IMG/VR virus record: IMGVR_UViG_3300030419_007010
Span: 97,728 to 161,727 of that record
Reading direction: 5' to 3' (one strand)
From: a virus
DNA length: 64,000 nt
The notes below the pieces were generated by a model. It saw only the letters and a list, made by a program, of their open reading frames with translations. It was not told the origin of the DNA and did no database searches. The translations under genes were made by a program, and so were the position numbers. Shown here one piece after another: positions 31,157-40,481 of this stretch. Position 1 is the stretch's first letter, and every line of letters begins with the position of its first letter.

Positions 31157-31702
31157 TTACCAATAATAGACTAAAGAACTATTTGGTACCGGATAAAGTC
31201 CATAGAATTCACCATCTGCAAACATAACTGCTAGCGGTATTTCTACTGACCATGCTACATTATCTAACATTCTTAATTCGAATCCAATTCCCGGTCCTAC
31301 ACCAACACCCCAATGTGATTCATCTTCACAAAAGATATCATCGTCGTCGCTACAGTTGTCCCACATAGCTAGTCCACCAACTCCCAAGCTAGCATATGCC
31401 ATAGCTTCTTTGCCTTGGTGTAAACGATAGAGAATACCCCCGCCAAGTGAAACGGTGCCATCTTCTGGAGTAATAAAGGGCAGGCCTGTAACTTGCCAGC
31501 CCCAGGGTGATGGGTCTCCCGGGTCTGGTAGATATCGATATGTCGCACCTAGGCCTCGTGTAGAACCGGCTGCGAAACCAACAGAATGTTCTGCCTTTGC
31601 TCTGCTGCTAAAAAGGCCTATAAGCGTTGCGATAAATATTCCAGTTACTAAAGCGATAATAGCACCTGTTAAAATATTGTTTAAAATCTTTACATTTTTC
31701 AT
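31157..31702 (-). CDS. putative outer-membrane beta-barrel protein
   Basis: Signal peptide ending AKA; alternating Gly/aromatic strands; terminal YYW. Confidence 0.65.
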   Translation of the reverse strand: MKNVKILNNILTGAIIALVTGIFIATLIGLFSSRAKAEHSVGFAAGSTRGLGATYRYLPDPGDPSPWGWQVTGLPFITPEDGTVSLGGGILYRLHQGKEAMAYASLGVGGLAMWDNCSDDDDIFCEDESHWGVGVGPGIGFELRMLDNVAWSVEIPLAVMFADGEFYGLYPVPNSSLVYYW

Positions 31703-31956
31703 TCTTCTTCTCCTTGTTGGCTAGCTAACTGATTCAAGAAATCTTCGGTCGGCTCTGTAAATTTTACCATTTCTTCTAAAGTCTTAATATTTTCTCTCGC
31801 GTTTGTAAGCTTTTCTGTCCAAGTCTCTAATTCGCCCAGGACGTTTGAGTGATCGGGCACGCCGACAACGTTATTAAAATACATATCCAAAACAGCTAGC
31901 GCTTCAGATTCTTTAGATTTATAATGTGATAATATTGCATTGTATAGATTATTCAT
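31699..31956 (-). CDS. hypothetical phage protein
   Basis: VGVPDH motif in a helical protein. Confidence 0.65.
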   Translation of the reverse strand: MNNLYNAILSHYKSKESEALAVLDMYFNNVVGVPDHSNVLGELETWTEKLTNARENIKTLEEMVKFTEPTEDFLNQLASQQGEEE

Positions 31957-31962
31957 TTTTCC

Positions 31963-32193
31963 CTACTTAAAGTCTGGTGTTGGAATGCTAGTCTCTGGAT
32001 CGATTGTCACATTACCTTTTTTATGTTCTAGTATAAAGTTTTTTGCTGCTTTCTTATTGCGAAAATTTGTTAGATACTTATATCTTCCAATTTCTTTAGA
32101 TTCGTCAACTATTCTTACTTCATAACATCCATGGCGAACGTGATCAATTTGGTAATAGCTGTGTTTATTTATTTTTAAGTCAGATGATTTCAT
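31963..32193 (-). CDS. hypothetical protein
   Basis: ORF track. Confidence 0.6.
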   Translation of the reverse strand: MKSSDLKINKHSYYQIDHVRHGCYEVRIVDESKEIGRYKYLTNFRNKKAAKNFILEHKKGNVTIDPETSIPTPDFK

Positions 32194-32809
32194 CGATAAG
32201 TCCGTAGTCTAGGCATGTTTTAGCATCCCACCAAAGGTCATGCTTTAAAATTTCAGCCAGTTGTTTTCTTGGAATTTTGGTATATTGTTCATAAATTCCT
32301 TTGATCTTTTTCATAATCAACTCATTATTCTGCATATCATCCTTGAGTTCTTCAAACTTTCCCCAAGAGCCGGCGGAAATCTGATGAATTAACATGAAAG
32401 CATGTTTGTGCATTAGTCGGTGATCCGCTACAACACTCATAATAGTGGCAGCAGAGGCAGCACAGCCATCTACAATAGAGTGAACTGGTACCTTACAGTT
32501 CAAGATGTGATCTACACTAGAGAACCCGGCGAAGACACTCCCACCATAAGAGTTAATATGCAAATTAAGAGGTGCGACCACTTCCATACCTAACGAGTTA
32601 GAATAATTAAAGTATTTCATTCCAAGAGAATCTAATTTTTTATTCAAAGTTAGGTTATTTGTTCTTGTTACTTCTGCATAAAAGTATATGTCATTGTTCA
32701 TTGATTCAATTCTATGTTTTGAGTCACTGTGGTTTGCACCATCGGAGCCTGCTGCCGAATCTACAATTTTTTCTTTCTTTTTTGCTGCTAGCCAATAATC
32801 TTCATTCAT
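32180..32809 (-). CDS. clpP: ClpP-family serine protease subunit
   Basis: INSYGGSV, CAASAA (catalytic Ser), MLIHQ (His), DLWWDA..CLDYGLIDEII. Confidence 0.92.
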   Translation of the reverse strand: MNEDYWLAAKKKEKIVDSAAGSDGANHSDSKHRIESMNNDIYFYAEVTRTNNLTLNKKLDSLGMKYFNYSNSLGMEVVAPLNLHINSYGGSVFAGFSSVDHILNCKVPVHSIVDGCAASAATIMSVVADHRLMHKHAFMLIHQISAGSWGKFEELKDDMQNNELIMKKIKGIYEQYTKIPRKQLAEILKHDLWWDAKTCLDYGLIDEII

Positions 32810-32813
32810 AATA

Positions 32814-33479
32814 TTACTTCCAAAAATCGTGTTCCATTTCTTTCTCTAGAGTTCTTTTATTATATTCGTTATATAATTGTTTCCACTTTTCATCATTATT
32901 TTGTGCATTGTCGCCAATTTCCCAAAGCATTTGAATATCCAATCTCTTGCACAATTCTGTTTCAGGAGTATTTTCTTTTGTCCTGCTTCCGCCGTTTCCA
33001 AAAATATCAGGTGTTAAATATTTTAATGTTTCACAGACTGTATCATCGTCGTCATATGCTGGTATTATTTTATCTACTTCCGGAATTCCTTGCAGAAACG
33101 TCTTTCTCGTTTCGTATGCCATAATTCCTGCTTCAGGCCTGTTTCTCTCTAACCATCTATCGCTATTTAGTATAATAACAACTTTGCCGTATTTAGAAGC
33201 CTCTTGAATCATATTTAAGTGACCCAAACTAAAAGGATGAAAGGCTCCGCTCAATGCAACAACACGAGTATGTCGACCTTTTTTCTTTTTCTGTGAAGTT
33301 CCTATACTAACAGTATCAACTCTTTCATAGGTTTCAACTTGAATTTCATCGTCTCTTATCTTTATTCTAACAACTTCACAGTCGTTATTATCAACAATAA
33401 TAACTTCATCGCCATGGCGAGCTTGATCTGCATCAGTGACAATTAATTTAGAATCACTTTTTCGTATTATAGATTTCAT
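32814..33479 (-). CDS. cytidylyl/adenylyltransferase (GCT/RfaE-like) with extra N-terminal domain
   Basis: SGAFHPFSLGH (variant HxGH), LNSD, FGNGG. Confidence 0.8.
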   Translation of the reverse strand: MKSIIRKSDSKLIVTDADQARHGDEVIIVDNNDCEVVRIKIRDDEIQVETYERVDTVSIGTSQKKKKGRHTRVVALSGAFHPFSLGHLNMIQEASKYGKVVIILNSDRWLERNRPEAGIMAYETRKTFLQGIPEVDKIIPAYDDDDTVCETLKYLTPDIFGNGGSRTKENTPETELCKRLDIQMLWEIGDNAQNNDEKWKQLYNEYNKRTLEKEMEHDFWK

Positions 33480-33481
33480 AC

Positions 33482-34276
33482 TTAATCAAAAGGAATTGTT
33501 GGTACCTCATTAAACAGAACCAAATTAATCTTGTTTTCCATCAGAGCGTTCCAATAACCCTCTTCAACCAATCTTATACCCATATCTTTTGTTGTTACCA
33601 ATACGGATAATGGCCACGCATGTTGTGGCAGATATTTGGCGATTTCTCTATTCGGATCTGCATACATCTTATAATTCAATTTTTTATTAGCGAGATCTTG
33701 AGTCATAAGTTGCCAATTTTCCATAAATTTCAAATCTGCGTGAAAGTCACCGCTATTTGACTTATCGCGACTATCATCAAAAGGAACTTCTCCGGGAATA
33801 TTAGTATTTCCAAGCGTGTATATAATCTCCAAACCATCAACATTATATTTTTCATATATGTTTATTAAAGCAGCGGCTTCAGATAAGCAAGGACCGCACC
33901 ACCCAGCAGAGCTAACCAAAATAAATGCTTTATGTTTATCATGATTATACATATCAGACAAGCTTATCCACTGCTGATCCCATGGATTATAAAAAGTCAT
34001 ATTCGGAAGAACTTTAAATTTTTCAATCGAATAAGGTCCGGGAGGATAATCCAAGGGAGCAGCAGAAGTTTCAGGATCAGTCTCAATAATATCTGTTATC
34101 TCAACTTCTTCTTTGACTATTCTGTCTGCGGTTTTTTCAATATCAAATGACATAGAAAACGCATCGCCAACAGCAAATGATACTGAATCTGTTTCTTCAA
34201 CCTCCTGATCAGCTAAAGTTACGTTCTCTTGGCATGCTACCAAAAACATTGCTGTAATAAAGATAGTGTATTTCAA
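33482..34276 (-). CDS. thioredoxin-like redoxin lipoprotein
   Basis: FLVAC lipobox, AGWCGPC, AWP cis-Pro. Confidence 0.8.
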   Translation of the reverse strand: MKYTIFITAMFLVACQENVTLADQEVEETDSVSFAVGDAFSMSFDIEKTADRIVKEEVEITDIIETDPETSAAPLDYPPGPYSIEKFKVLPNMTFYNPWDQQWISLSDMYNHDKHKAFILVSSAGWCGPCLSEAAALINIYEKYNVDGLEIIYTLGNTNIPGEVPFDDSRDKSNSGDFHADLKFMENWQLMTQDLANKKLNYKMYADPNREIAKYLPQHAWPLSVLVTTKDMGIRLVEEGYWNALMENKINLVLFNEVPTIPFD

Positions 34277-34277
34277 T

Positions 34278-34598
34278 TTAATATTCCTTGTACGGCTGTA
34301 CTGGTTCTAGTGTTTCTTTTATCACAGAATATATTTTAGTTTTAGACCTTATACAATGCAATAATATGTAATGTTCGCTTCTTCCAGGTGAGGGTGCGTA
34401 AAATTTTCCTAGTGTTATTCTAATGTTTTTACAGCTGCAAGACATAGCAGAGTTCTTTGTATCTATGTCCTTGGTATAAAAAATGTCCCCACAATCTGCA
34501 CATTCAATCGCTCCGGTTGTTTTAGATTTTTTGTCTTTTGCCTCTTCTACATCAACTATTGTAGAATTAAAGCCAAAGCCTTTGCGAACTTTTTTCAT
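34278..34598 (-). CDS. Zn-ribbon protein
   Basis: CADC ... CSC. Confidence 0.55.
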   Translation of the reverse strand: MKKVRKGFGFNSTIVDVEEAKDKKSKTTGAIECADCGDIFYTKDIDTKNSAMSCSCKNIRITLGKFYAPSPGRSEHYILLHCIRSKTKIYSVIKETLEPVQPYKEY

Positions 34599-34601
34599 AT
34601 T

Positions 34602-34784
34602 TTAATCTAATAAGAGCTTCTTTTCTTCTTTTAAACCTGTTTCTTTTTCTTCCAGAAGTTCTTCTAATTGAAGTTTAGCTAAATGAGGGTACTTATCAAA
34701 TAGTTCCGGAAGAGTTAATTTTTCTTCAATTTGAATTCTTTTTATTTCTTGAGCGACTTTTCCGAGTTTTCTTTTTCCGTTCAT
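34602..34784 (-). CDS. hypothetical protein
   Basis: ORF track. Confidence 0.55.
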   Translation of the reverse strand: MNGKRKLGKVAQEIKRIQIEEKLTLPELFDKYPHLAKLQLEELLEEKETGLKEEKKLLLD

Positions 34785-35052
34785 TGGACTTTTCTAGCTC
34801 CTTTTTGATTTTTTCGTATTTTAATGCTCTTAACTGATAGTTTTCGAAAAACTTATAGCATTCTGGGCCCGGTTTCTGGGCACCCATACTCTTATAGTGT
34901 TTTGCGCACATCTCTGCATTAATAGCGTTTGTAATTGCTTCTGAACCATCATCAAAGCCCATTATATATGCTTGTTCAGGGCTAGTATTAGATGGTATAG
35001 CCGTAGAAGTTAGCAAAACTGTCAAGGCTGCCACGAATTTATTAGTTATCAT
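34726..35052 (-). CDS. hypothetical secreted protein
   Basis: Hydrophobic N-terminus, basic tail. Confidence 0.55.
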   Translation of the reverse strand: MITNKFVAALTVLLTSTAIPSNTSPEQAYIMGFDDGSEAITNAINAEMCAKHYKSMGAQKPGPECYKFFENYQLRALKYEKIKKELEKSNERKKKTRKSRSRNKKNSN

Positions 35053-35330
35053 TTCTTCTCTGCCTTCTTCTTGCTTTTTCGCTTTGTCTTAGTTTTCTTT
35101 TTTGCTTTCTTTGGTTCAAAATCAGGGTGGAGACGAGTCTTGACTACAAATTTGCCGGTGGAACTTCTTCTCTTAATTTTAACCTGCATGCCTTCAATTT
35201 TATTTTCGGACCATTTAGTGGTTAGTTCTCCTTGACGAACAACAGCTTCAGTAAATGTTTCATGAGAACTGTCTGTATCCCAAGGCTTTCCTTGTTGGAT
35301 TACTTTTTTTTCTTCCATTATTTCCTCCAA
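35049..35330 (-). CDS. hypothetical protein with Lys-rich tail
   Basis: ORF track; histone-tail-like C-terminus. Confidence 0.6.
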   Translation of the reverse strand: MEEIMEEKKVIQQGKPWDTDSSHETFTEAVVRQGELTTKWSENKIEGMQVKIKRRSSTGKFVVKTRLHPDFEPKKAKKKTKTKRKSKKKAEKK

Positions 35331-35342
35331 TAAGGCCAGAGT

Positions 35343-35534
35343 TTAAAGCTTGTCGACTATTTTTCTCATATCTTCCGTAACCATACGACGAAAATTATTT
35401 ACTTCTTTTTTCAAAGTAACAACCTCATCCTTAAGATTACTTAAGCTCGTGCTTAATTGGTTATTTTGTTTTCTCAATGTTTCAACTTCGCTTTGAAGTG
35501 CTTTATTCGTTACTGATGACGTCTTCGGGGCCAT
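35343..35534 (-). CDS. coiled-coil small protein
   Basis: Heptad Leu pattern; AGGAG SD. Confidence 0.7.
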   Translation of the reverse strand: MAPKTSSVTNKALQSEVETLRKQNNQLSTSLSNLKDEVVTLKKEVNNFRRMVTEDMRKIVDKL

Positions 35535-35601
35535 TATTTTCTCCTGTTAAAAACCATCGCAGTTCGTAAACGTATAACTAACTACGACTACATAGCTTAT
35601 T

Positions 35602-35629
35602 ATTATACCAAACATTAAATATTTGTAAA
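35602..35629 (-). promoter_or_regulatory. sigma70-like promoter TTTACA-N16-TATAAT
   Basis: Near-consensus hexamers upstream of a hairpin-containing leader and the 35534 start. Confidence 0.6.
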
Positions 35630-35669
35630 GCTTTTCTTTAAAGTCCACAATTAATCCTCAATTTTTACA

Positions 35670-35742
35670 AGCCTCCGGACAGATTCGAACTGACGACCTG
35701 CTGATTACAAATCAGCTGCTCTACCAACTGAGCTACAGAGGC
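35670..35742 (-). tRNA. tRNA-Thr(UGU)
   Basis: Cloverleaf: acceptor GCCTCTG/CGGAGGC, D arm GCTCAGTTGGTAGAGC, anticodon GCTGA-TTTGTAA-TCAGC, TTCGAAT loop; CCA not encoded. Confidence 0.96.
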
Positions 35743-35892
35743 ACTATTTTTTTAAAAATTTCAATAGCTTCTTACAAAGAGCAACTATTATTTTATTCCT
35801 ATCATAGAATATATTCAATTGGTCTAACCCAGCCAAAGATTTAATCTTTTTAATTTCCTCTTCATCTAGATTTTCTAAATCGAGTTTTTCTT

Positions 35893-36060
35893 TCATTTCC
35901 ACAGCCAGAACCATCTGCCACGGTATGTTTGGTGAGGGCCAAGGTGTGTTTCATTTTTAACACAAAAAAAAGTAGAATCTCCTAATACTATTTTTGCTTG
36001 GCATTGTTGTTTTTCTAATTCAGGGACGCCGCCGAGGAATCTTTTAAACCACTGTAACAC
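35893..36060 (-). CDS. 55-aa putative Zn-binding protein (C..C..H..H)
   Basis: Not in track; GTG start after AGGAGG; MLQWFKRFLGG..QC..FC..THLGPHQTYRGRWFWLWK. Confidence 0.55.
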   Translation of the reverse strand: MLQWFKRFLGGVPELEKQQCQAKIVLGDSTFFCVKNETHLGPHQTYRGRWFWLWK

Positions 36061-36082
36061 ATTTTGTCCCTCCTGTTAGTAA

Positions 36083-38038
36083 CTATAAGCTTTTGAAAGG
36101 AAATTCTACTTTTGCTACTTTTCCTAATGTTTTGTTCCAATTCTCTTTTGAATCTATTAGCCATTGTTTAAGAGCATCTAAGCTGCGTGCTGAAGCTTCT
36201 TGACCAGTTCTTAATCCTTCATTTCGAAGTTCAAAATCTAATTTGTTCTGTGCGGGCGTCCAAAGATTTTTTGCATTTTGTATGGGCTGGTAACCGAGTC
36301 TGTCTCGTGGCGCGTCTTTTTCATCTTCTATAAATTGCATAATATACCATAATTTTCGTTGCTTATATTCATATATTGCCATGGCGAACATTCGCTTGGT
36401 ACTGTACCCTCCAAGAGTTCCTGCCTCATATTGACTTCGAAGATATTGGTCGACATTTGCAAACTCTTGACCTCTCATATGAATCGATATAGCATTAGCT
36501 ATATATTCTAATTCTTTTTTATTTGGATTTCTTCCAATTAATTCATTAAAGGCTTTTTTGATATAAGGTACAGCTTGTCTAGTGTATTTATGCATTTCTC
36601 TTCGCTTAACATGAACAAAGGACATCTTATTGTCAAAAGTTTTAATATGATCTACTGCGGTTGCACTAAAGAACACTGCCTGCATAGGTTCTGCATGGTG
36701 AATCATACCTTTACCTGTATAATCCGATACCCCATCGACGCCGATTGCTCGGAGAGTCTTTGCCCAAGCTTTCATATCATTAGTTTTTTGTTTGGTGTAA
36801 CTTCTTGTAATATTCCATAATATTCCCAAAGGAGTCTTAAAACTGGAGGCTTCGGTAGCTAGCTGTACAGCGGGGCTCATTTTAATTGTTTGTATAGTTC
36901 CGGATTTATTATCTTTAATGCCTAGATGTTTTTTCCATTGTTCTGCAGTAAAATATCCCCATCTATTCCCAGTACCTATTGCATTACTAATACCCAAAGA
37001 CGGATAATCCGGATTCTTTTTTAATGCTTCTTGTGATTTTTGTTTTAGAAAATCCCACGCGTACATTACTGCTTTTGCATGATTTAAATTAAATCCTGGC
37101 TCCTTTATTACGCCTTCTGGATATTTTTCACTAGCTCTCTGTAAAGTTCGTACTGAATCGATTTCAGGATCATAACCTACTTTTTTATGTACTGCATCAA
37201 CGTGCTGTTGAGTAGCATCAAATTGACCTTTGACGGCGTAGCTAGCTACCCATCTTATCATATTACTAAAATAATCTAGACGCGTATAGTGGCTAGCGGC
37301 ATACTTAAAATATTTTTTTATCTCTTCAAATGCATCTTTTAAATTAGGATCTGATACTTGGCTTTCTAAAAAATACTCATCATCTTTTTTACTCAAAAGT
37401 CGTCTTAAATCATCAATAGCATCAAGTTCCTGTTCGACGTGCCCTTTTTGTACTTGTTTTTTAAATTTTCCAAATTCTTCGTACATGTAGGGCGCTTGTT
37501 CAAGATAACTGTCTATCTCTCCGTCCGGAGTTCTCCTAGCCATTCTTTTTGTAAGTTTTTTACCTACAGGTTCAGAAAATAACTTTATTAATTTTTCGTT
37601 TAAGTCTTGCTCTGTGAACTGATCATTATATAAAATTTCTGCTTCTTTTTTTGGCTTTACTATATGAAGAAATTTTCTTTCAGAAGCAAAAGGTATTTTT
37701 CCCTTTTCAAGCTGGGTGAGGATTTCTTCATTAACAGGATAAAAGTAGATTCCCATTGGAGTCTCCCAAGGAGATTTTGGATTGATGCCGACAATATTAA
37801 TATCAGCAAAGTGCATATAATGGGTTGGCTTTTGACCTGACGGAACAGAATACTTTTTAAGATTATCCAACATAGTCGGAAGCTGGATTCCACGTTTTTT
37901 AGCAGCAGTAGCTTCTTCAATATCAGATTCTAATTCTTTTAAGATATTAGAAACACTAGTATTTTTGCTCTCAACAATATTTTCTTTTTCATTGCGAGCG
38001 GATCCAAGAAAATTACGCCATTTATCTTCTAATTTCAT
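36083..38038 (-). CDS. large leader-tagged protein with possible split ADP-ribosyltransferase-like fold
   Basis: N-terminal MKLEDKWRNFL; YMHF, GIYFYP and EPMQAVFF resemble ART-PolyVal-type motifs (by eye). Confidence 0.5.
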   Translation of the reverse strand: MKLEDKWRNFLGSARNEKENIVESKNTSVSNILKELESDIEEATAAKKRGIQLPTMLDNLKKYSVPSGQKPTHYMHFADINIVGINPKSPWETPMGIYFYPVNEEILTQLEKGKIPFASERKFLHIVKPKKEAEILYNDQFTEQDLNEKLIKLFSEPVGKKLTKRMARRTPDGEIDSYLEQAPYMYEEFGKFKKQVQKGHVEQELDAIDDLRRLLSKKDDEYFLESQVSDPNLKDAFEEIKKYFKYAASHYTRLDYFSNMIRWVASYAVKGQFDATQQHVDAVHKKVGYDPEIDSVRTLQRASEKYPEGVIKEPGFNLNHAKAVMYAWDFLKQKSQEALKKNPDYPSLGISNAIGTGNRWGYFTAEQWKKHLGIKDNKSGTIQTIKMSPAVQLATEASSFKTPLGILWNITRSYTKQKTNDMKAWAKTLRAIGVDGVSDYTGKGMIHHAEPMQAVFFSATAVDHIKTFDNKMSFVHVKRREMHKYTRQAVPYIKKAFNELIGRNPNKKELEYIANAISIHMRGQEFANVDQYLRSQYEAGTLGGYSTKRMFAMAIYEYKQRKLWYIMQFIEDEKDAPRDRLGYQPIQNAKNLWTPAQNKLDFELRNEGLRTGQEASARSLDALKQWLIDSKENWNKTLGKVAKVEFPFKSL

Positions 38039-38053
38039 GTTATTAAATAGTAA

Positions 38054-38587
38054 TTAAATATCTATATCAGCCAGTATTCGATTAATTTCTTTAATCATTT
38101 TAGTATGTTTAAAAGTCCAACCTTCATATAAGGCACCTTCATGGTCTGGATCTCCTAAAATATTCCCGCTATTCCATAAAGCAACATGAACTAACTCGTG
38201 AATTAAAGAAGTAGAAGCTATTCTTTCATATCTCGTTTTATGAATTTTTATATAAGTTGGGGATAAGGCCAAGCCTTTTGCTTTTCCTCTTTTAATTTTG
38301 CCATCCATAGAATAACCTAACATGCTTTTTTGTTTGTCAGATACCCATTCTATCATTAATTTGTTTAAGGCTTTATGTACTTTTTTGTTTCTGTCTCCAA
38401 ACTCTTCACACCATTTCTTATAAAATAGTTTTATAGCAATAGAGACGTTTTTTGGATGAGGCCATGTATTTTTTTCTTGAATCTGCCATGCACTTTCATA
38501 GTCTGGTATCTTGCTCATCTGGGTTGCTGTGGGAATTCCTGCGCAGCCCGTTATAAAGAAAGACAACAGTAGTACTACTAATCTCAC
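38054..38587 (-). CDS. lipoprotein with HExxH zincin motif
   Basis: FITGC lipobox; IHELVH ... DH. Confidence 0.7.
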   Translation of the reverse strand: MRLVVLLLSFFITGCAGIPTATQMSKIPDYESAWQIQEKNTWPHPKNVSIAIKLFYKKWCEEFGDRNKKVHKALNKLMIEWVSDKQKSMLGYSMDGKIKRGKAKGLALSPTYIKIHKTRYERIASTSLIHELVHVALWNSGNILGDPDHEGALYEGWTFKHTKMIKEINRILADIDI

Positions 38588-39477
38588 GACATAGGTCGCC
38601 TCATTTGCATGTCTTGCTTTTGAATTTGCAGATATACCTTCTTTCTAAACTTGTTTAATTCTTCTTGATTATTTTTTAGTACGTCTGCATAATCCCTTAC
38701 AACACCTGATATCTCTGGATATCTTTCTAAATCAACAGGATTCATCTTTCTAATCACCTGGAGCGCTTTTCTAGCTGAATACTTATCTAGGAGTTGTTCT
38801 GCTGCTTCGTGGGCATACGCGTCGATTTCTCCGTGTCTGGTAAGATATAGTTCTCTTTCGTCAGGTGTATCTTCTTCTGGAGGGTCTTCTCCACATATTT
38901 CACGATATCTATCAGGATCTCCTGCTGGAACTTGTTTTGTATCACATACCATTTCTCGATATGCTTCATAATCAGAAAGGCCTTTTGAACTCGCTTGTTT
39001 TTTTAATTGATAATAGTGGATTAATTCATGATTTAAAGTTGTGGATATTTCCTTTGATAATTCGCGAGGATTCAAATCATCAAAATTAAAATCTTCAGAA
39101 ATAGAACGCAGTTCCAACCATATAACATGTTGTCCGTCTAATTCTTGATAAGGTCCTCTATATTGTCCTCGTAAAATCCAATTATTTGGATATGAACCAA
39201 ATTCATCCGATGGGCTTAAGGCATATACTTCATCACCAGCAGAAACGTTAAAATATATATTTGATACTTTATTAAGTGAATTTTGAAGTGTTTCAGTGGC
39301 AGGAGTTCCCATCATATTATCTAAACCGTCTTCTTTCAAGTCGATATCTTCGGGATTATTTGATTGAGTCCAAAAAGTAGAATCAACAATTGCTTGAAAA
39401 ATAGCGTCTTTTAATTCTGTTTCTAAAGATGTAACTTCATTTACGTACTTCCGCCAGTTTTCAAGTAGGAGTTTCAT
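38584..39477 (-). CDS. leader-tagged zinc metallopeptidase-like protein
   Basis: MKLLLENWRKYVNE leader; HELIH and EIDAYA. Confidence 0.7.
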   Translation of the reverse strand: MKLLLENWRKYVNEVTSLETELKDAIFQAIVDSTFWTQSNNPEDIDLKEDGLDNMMGTPATETLQNSLNKVSNIYFNVSAGDEVYALSPSDEFGSYPNNWILRGQYRGPYQELDGQHVIWLELRSISEDFNFDDLNPRELSKEISTTLNHELIHYYQLKKQASSKGLSDYEAYREMVCDTKQVPAGDPDRYREICGEDPPEEDTPDERELYLTRHGEIDAYAHEAAEQLLDKYSARKALQVIRKMNPVDLERYPEISGVVRDYADVLKNNQEELNKFRKKVYLQIQKQDMQMRRPMS

Positions 39478-39941
39478 TAAAATTGCTTCCCTACTACTAA
39501 ATATTCATCACCCTTAAGAAACGAAGGGTCTATACCGGCATTAGTAAGAACATTAAAAACAAAACTACCACAATTCTCAGATCTTTTTTCAGGATGGTCC
39601 ATTCTACAAATAATTCCATCGGGAACATCAACTGTTTGTGACAATTTCATAGTTTTATAAATACCCATTTTAGCAGCTTCTTCTGGAGAGTTTGGAACTG
39701 ACTTTACATTTTGCCAGAACTTCTCGTCTTTCATAATGTCTTTCCAAGTACTTATAACTGGTTCTACAAGCTCGCCGCGGTGGCCCGACATATCTTTCAT
39801 ACTACCATTTGGTAAAACGAAGCCTACGTGGTCCCATTTATTATTCTTAATACCCCAGGCAGACTTCATAAAAAATAATGTATTAGAAACATCTTTATTT
39901 TCATTTAAATACTTTCGCCAGTTTTCAAATAGTATTTTCAT
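39477..39941 (-). CDS. leader-tagged permuted papain-like (NlpC/P60-like) protein
   Basis: MKILFENWRKYLNE leader; WDHVGF precedes NCGSFV (His-before-Cys order). Confidence 0.6.
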   Translation of the reverse strand: MKILFENWRKYLNENKDVSNTLFFMKSAWGIKNNKWDHVGFVLPNGSMKDMSGHRGELVEPVISTWKDIMKDEKFWQNVKSVPNSPEEAAKMGIYKTMKLSQTVDVPDGIICRMDHPEKRSENCGSFVFNVLTNAGIDPSFLKGDEYLVVGKQF

Positions 39942-40477
39942 GTTGTGCTTCTGTATACTTGTTTAAAAAGTTGTTGTACAGCAGGGTCACCTTTGTAGTG
40001 TAGATCTAAAGCAACTTTTAGCTGATCCAGATCTTTAAGTTTTTCGTCTCTTGGTAAACTTTCGTAAGGCTTAAACAACGCTGGGTTGTCTTTTTTTTGC
40101 CACGAGTTATGCTTCATCCAAACTTCATGGAATTTAGAAGCTAAACTGTTAATATCTTCAGCTGATTTAATTGGCATGCTCTCAACAACTTTTGCATAAT
40201 CAACAGCAGGGCCGCCATTTAATAATTGATTAAGAGATGGCACAATTTTATCTGCAGTCTGATTAATATTCTGATAGGCAACACCATCCTCTATTTTTAT
40301 TCCCTCATAGCCTTTGAGTTGTTCTGCAGTTGGCTTGCCAGGAATTTGTTTAAATTTAGGATCATTTCCTTTTTTTCTTCTATGGTCTTTCAGCCATTGG
40401 GTATGCATTTTATCTGTCATTTGTTTAGCTAATGACTCATTTAGATATTGGCGCCAATTTTCAAATAAGTTTTTCAT
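39938..40477 (-). CDS. leader-tagged RyR-domain-like protein
   Basis: MKNLFENWRQYLNE leader; HEVWM...NPALFKPYESLPRDEKLKD matches the RyR repeat pattern. Confidence 0.65.
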   Translation of the reverse strand: MKNLFENWRQYLNESLAKQMTDKMHTQWLKDHRRKKGNDPKFKQIPGKPTAEQLKGYEGIKIEDGVAYQNINQTADKIVPSLNQLLNGGPAVDYAKVVESMPIKSAEDINSLASKFHEVWMKHNSWQKKDNPALFKPYESLPRDEKLKDLDQLKVALDLHYKGDPAVQQLFKQVYRSTT

Positions 40478-40481
40478 TTAT

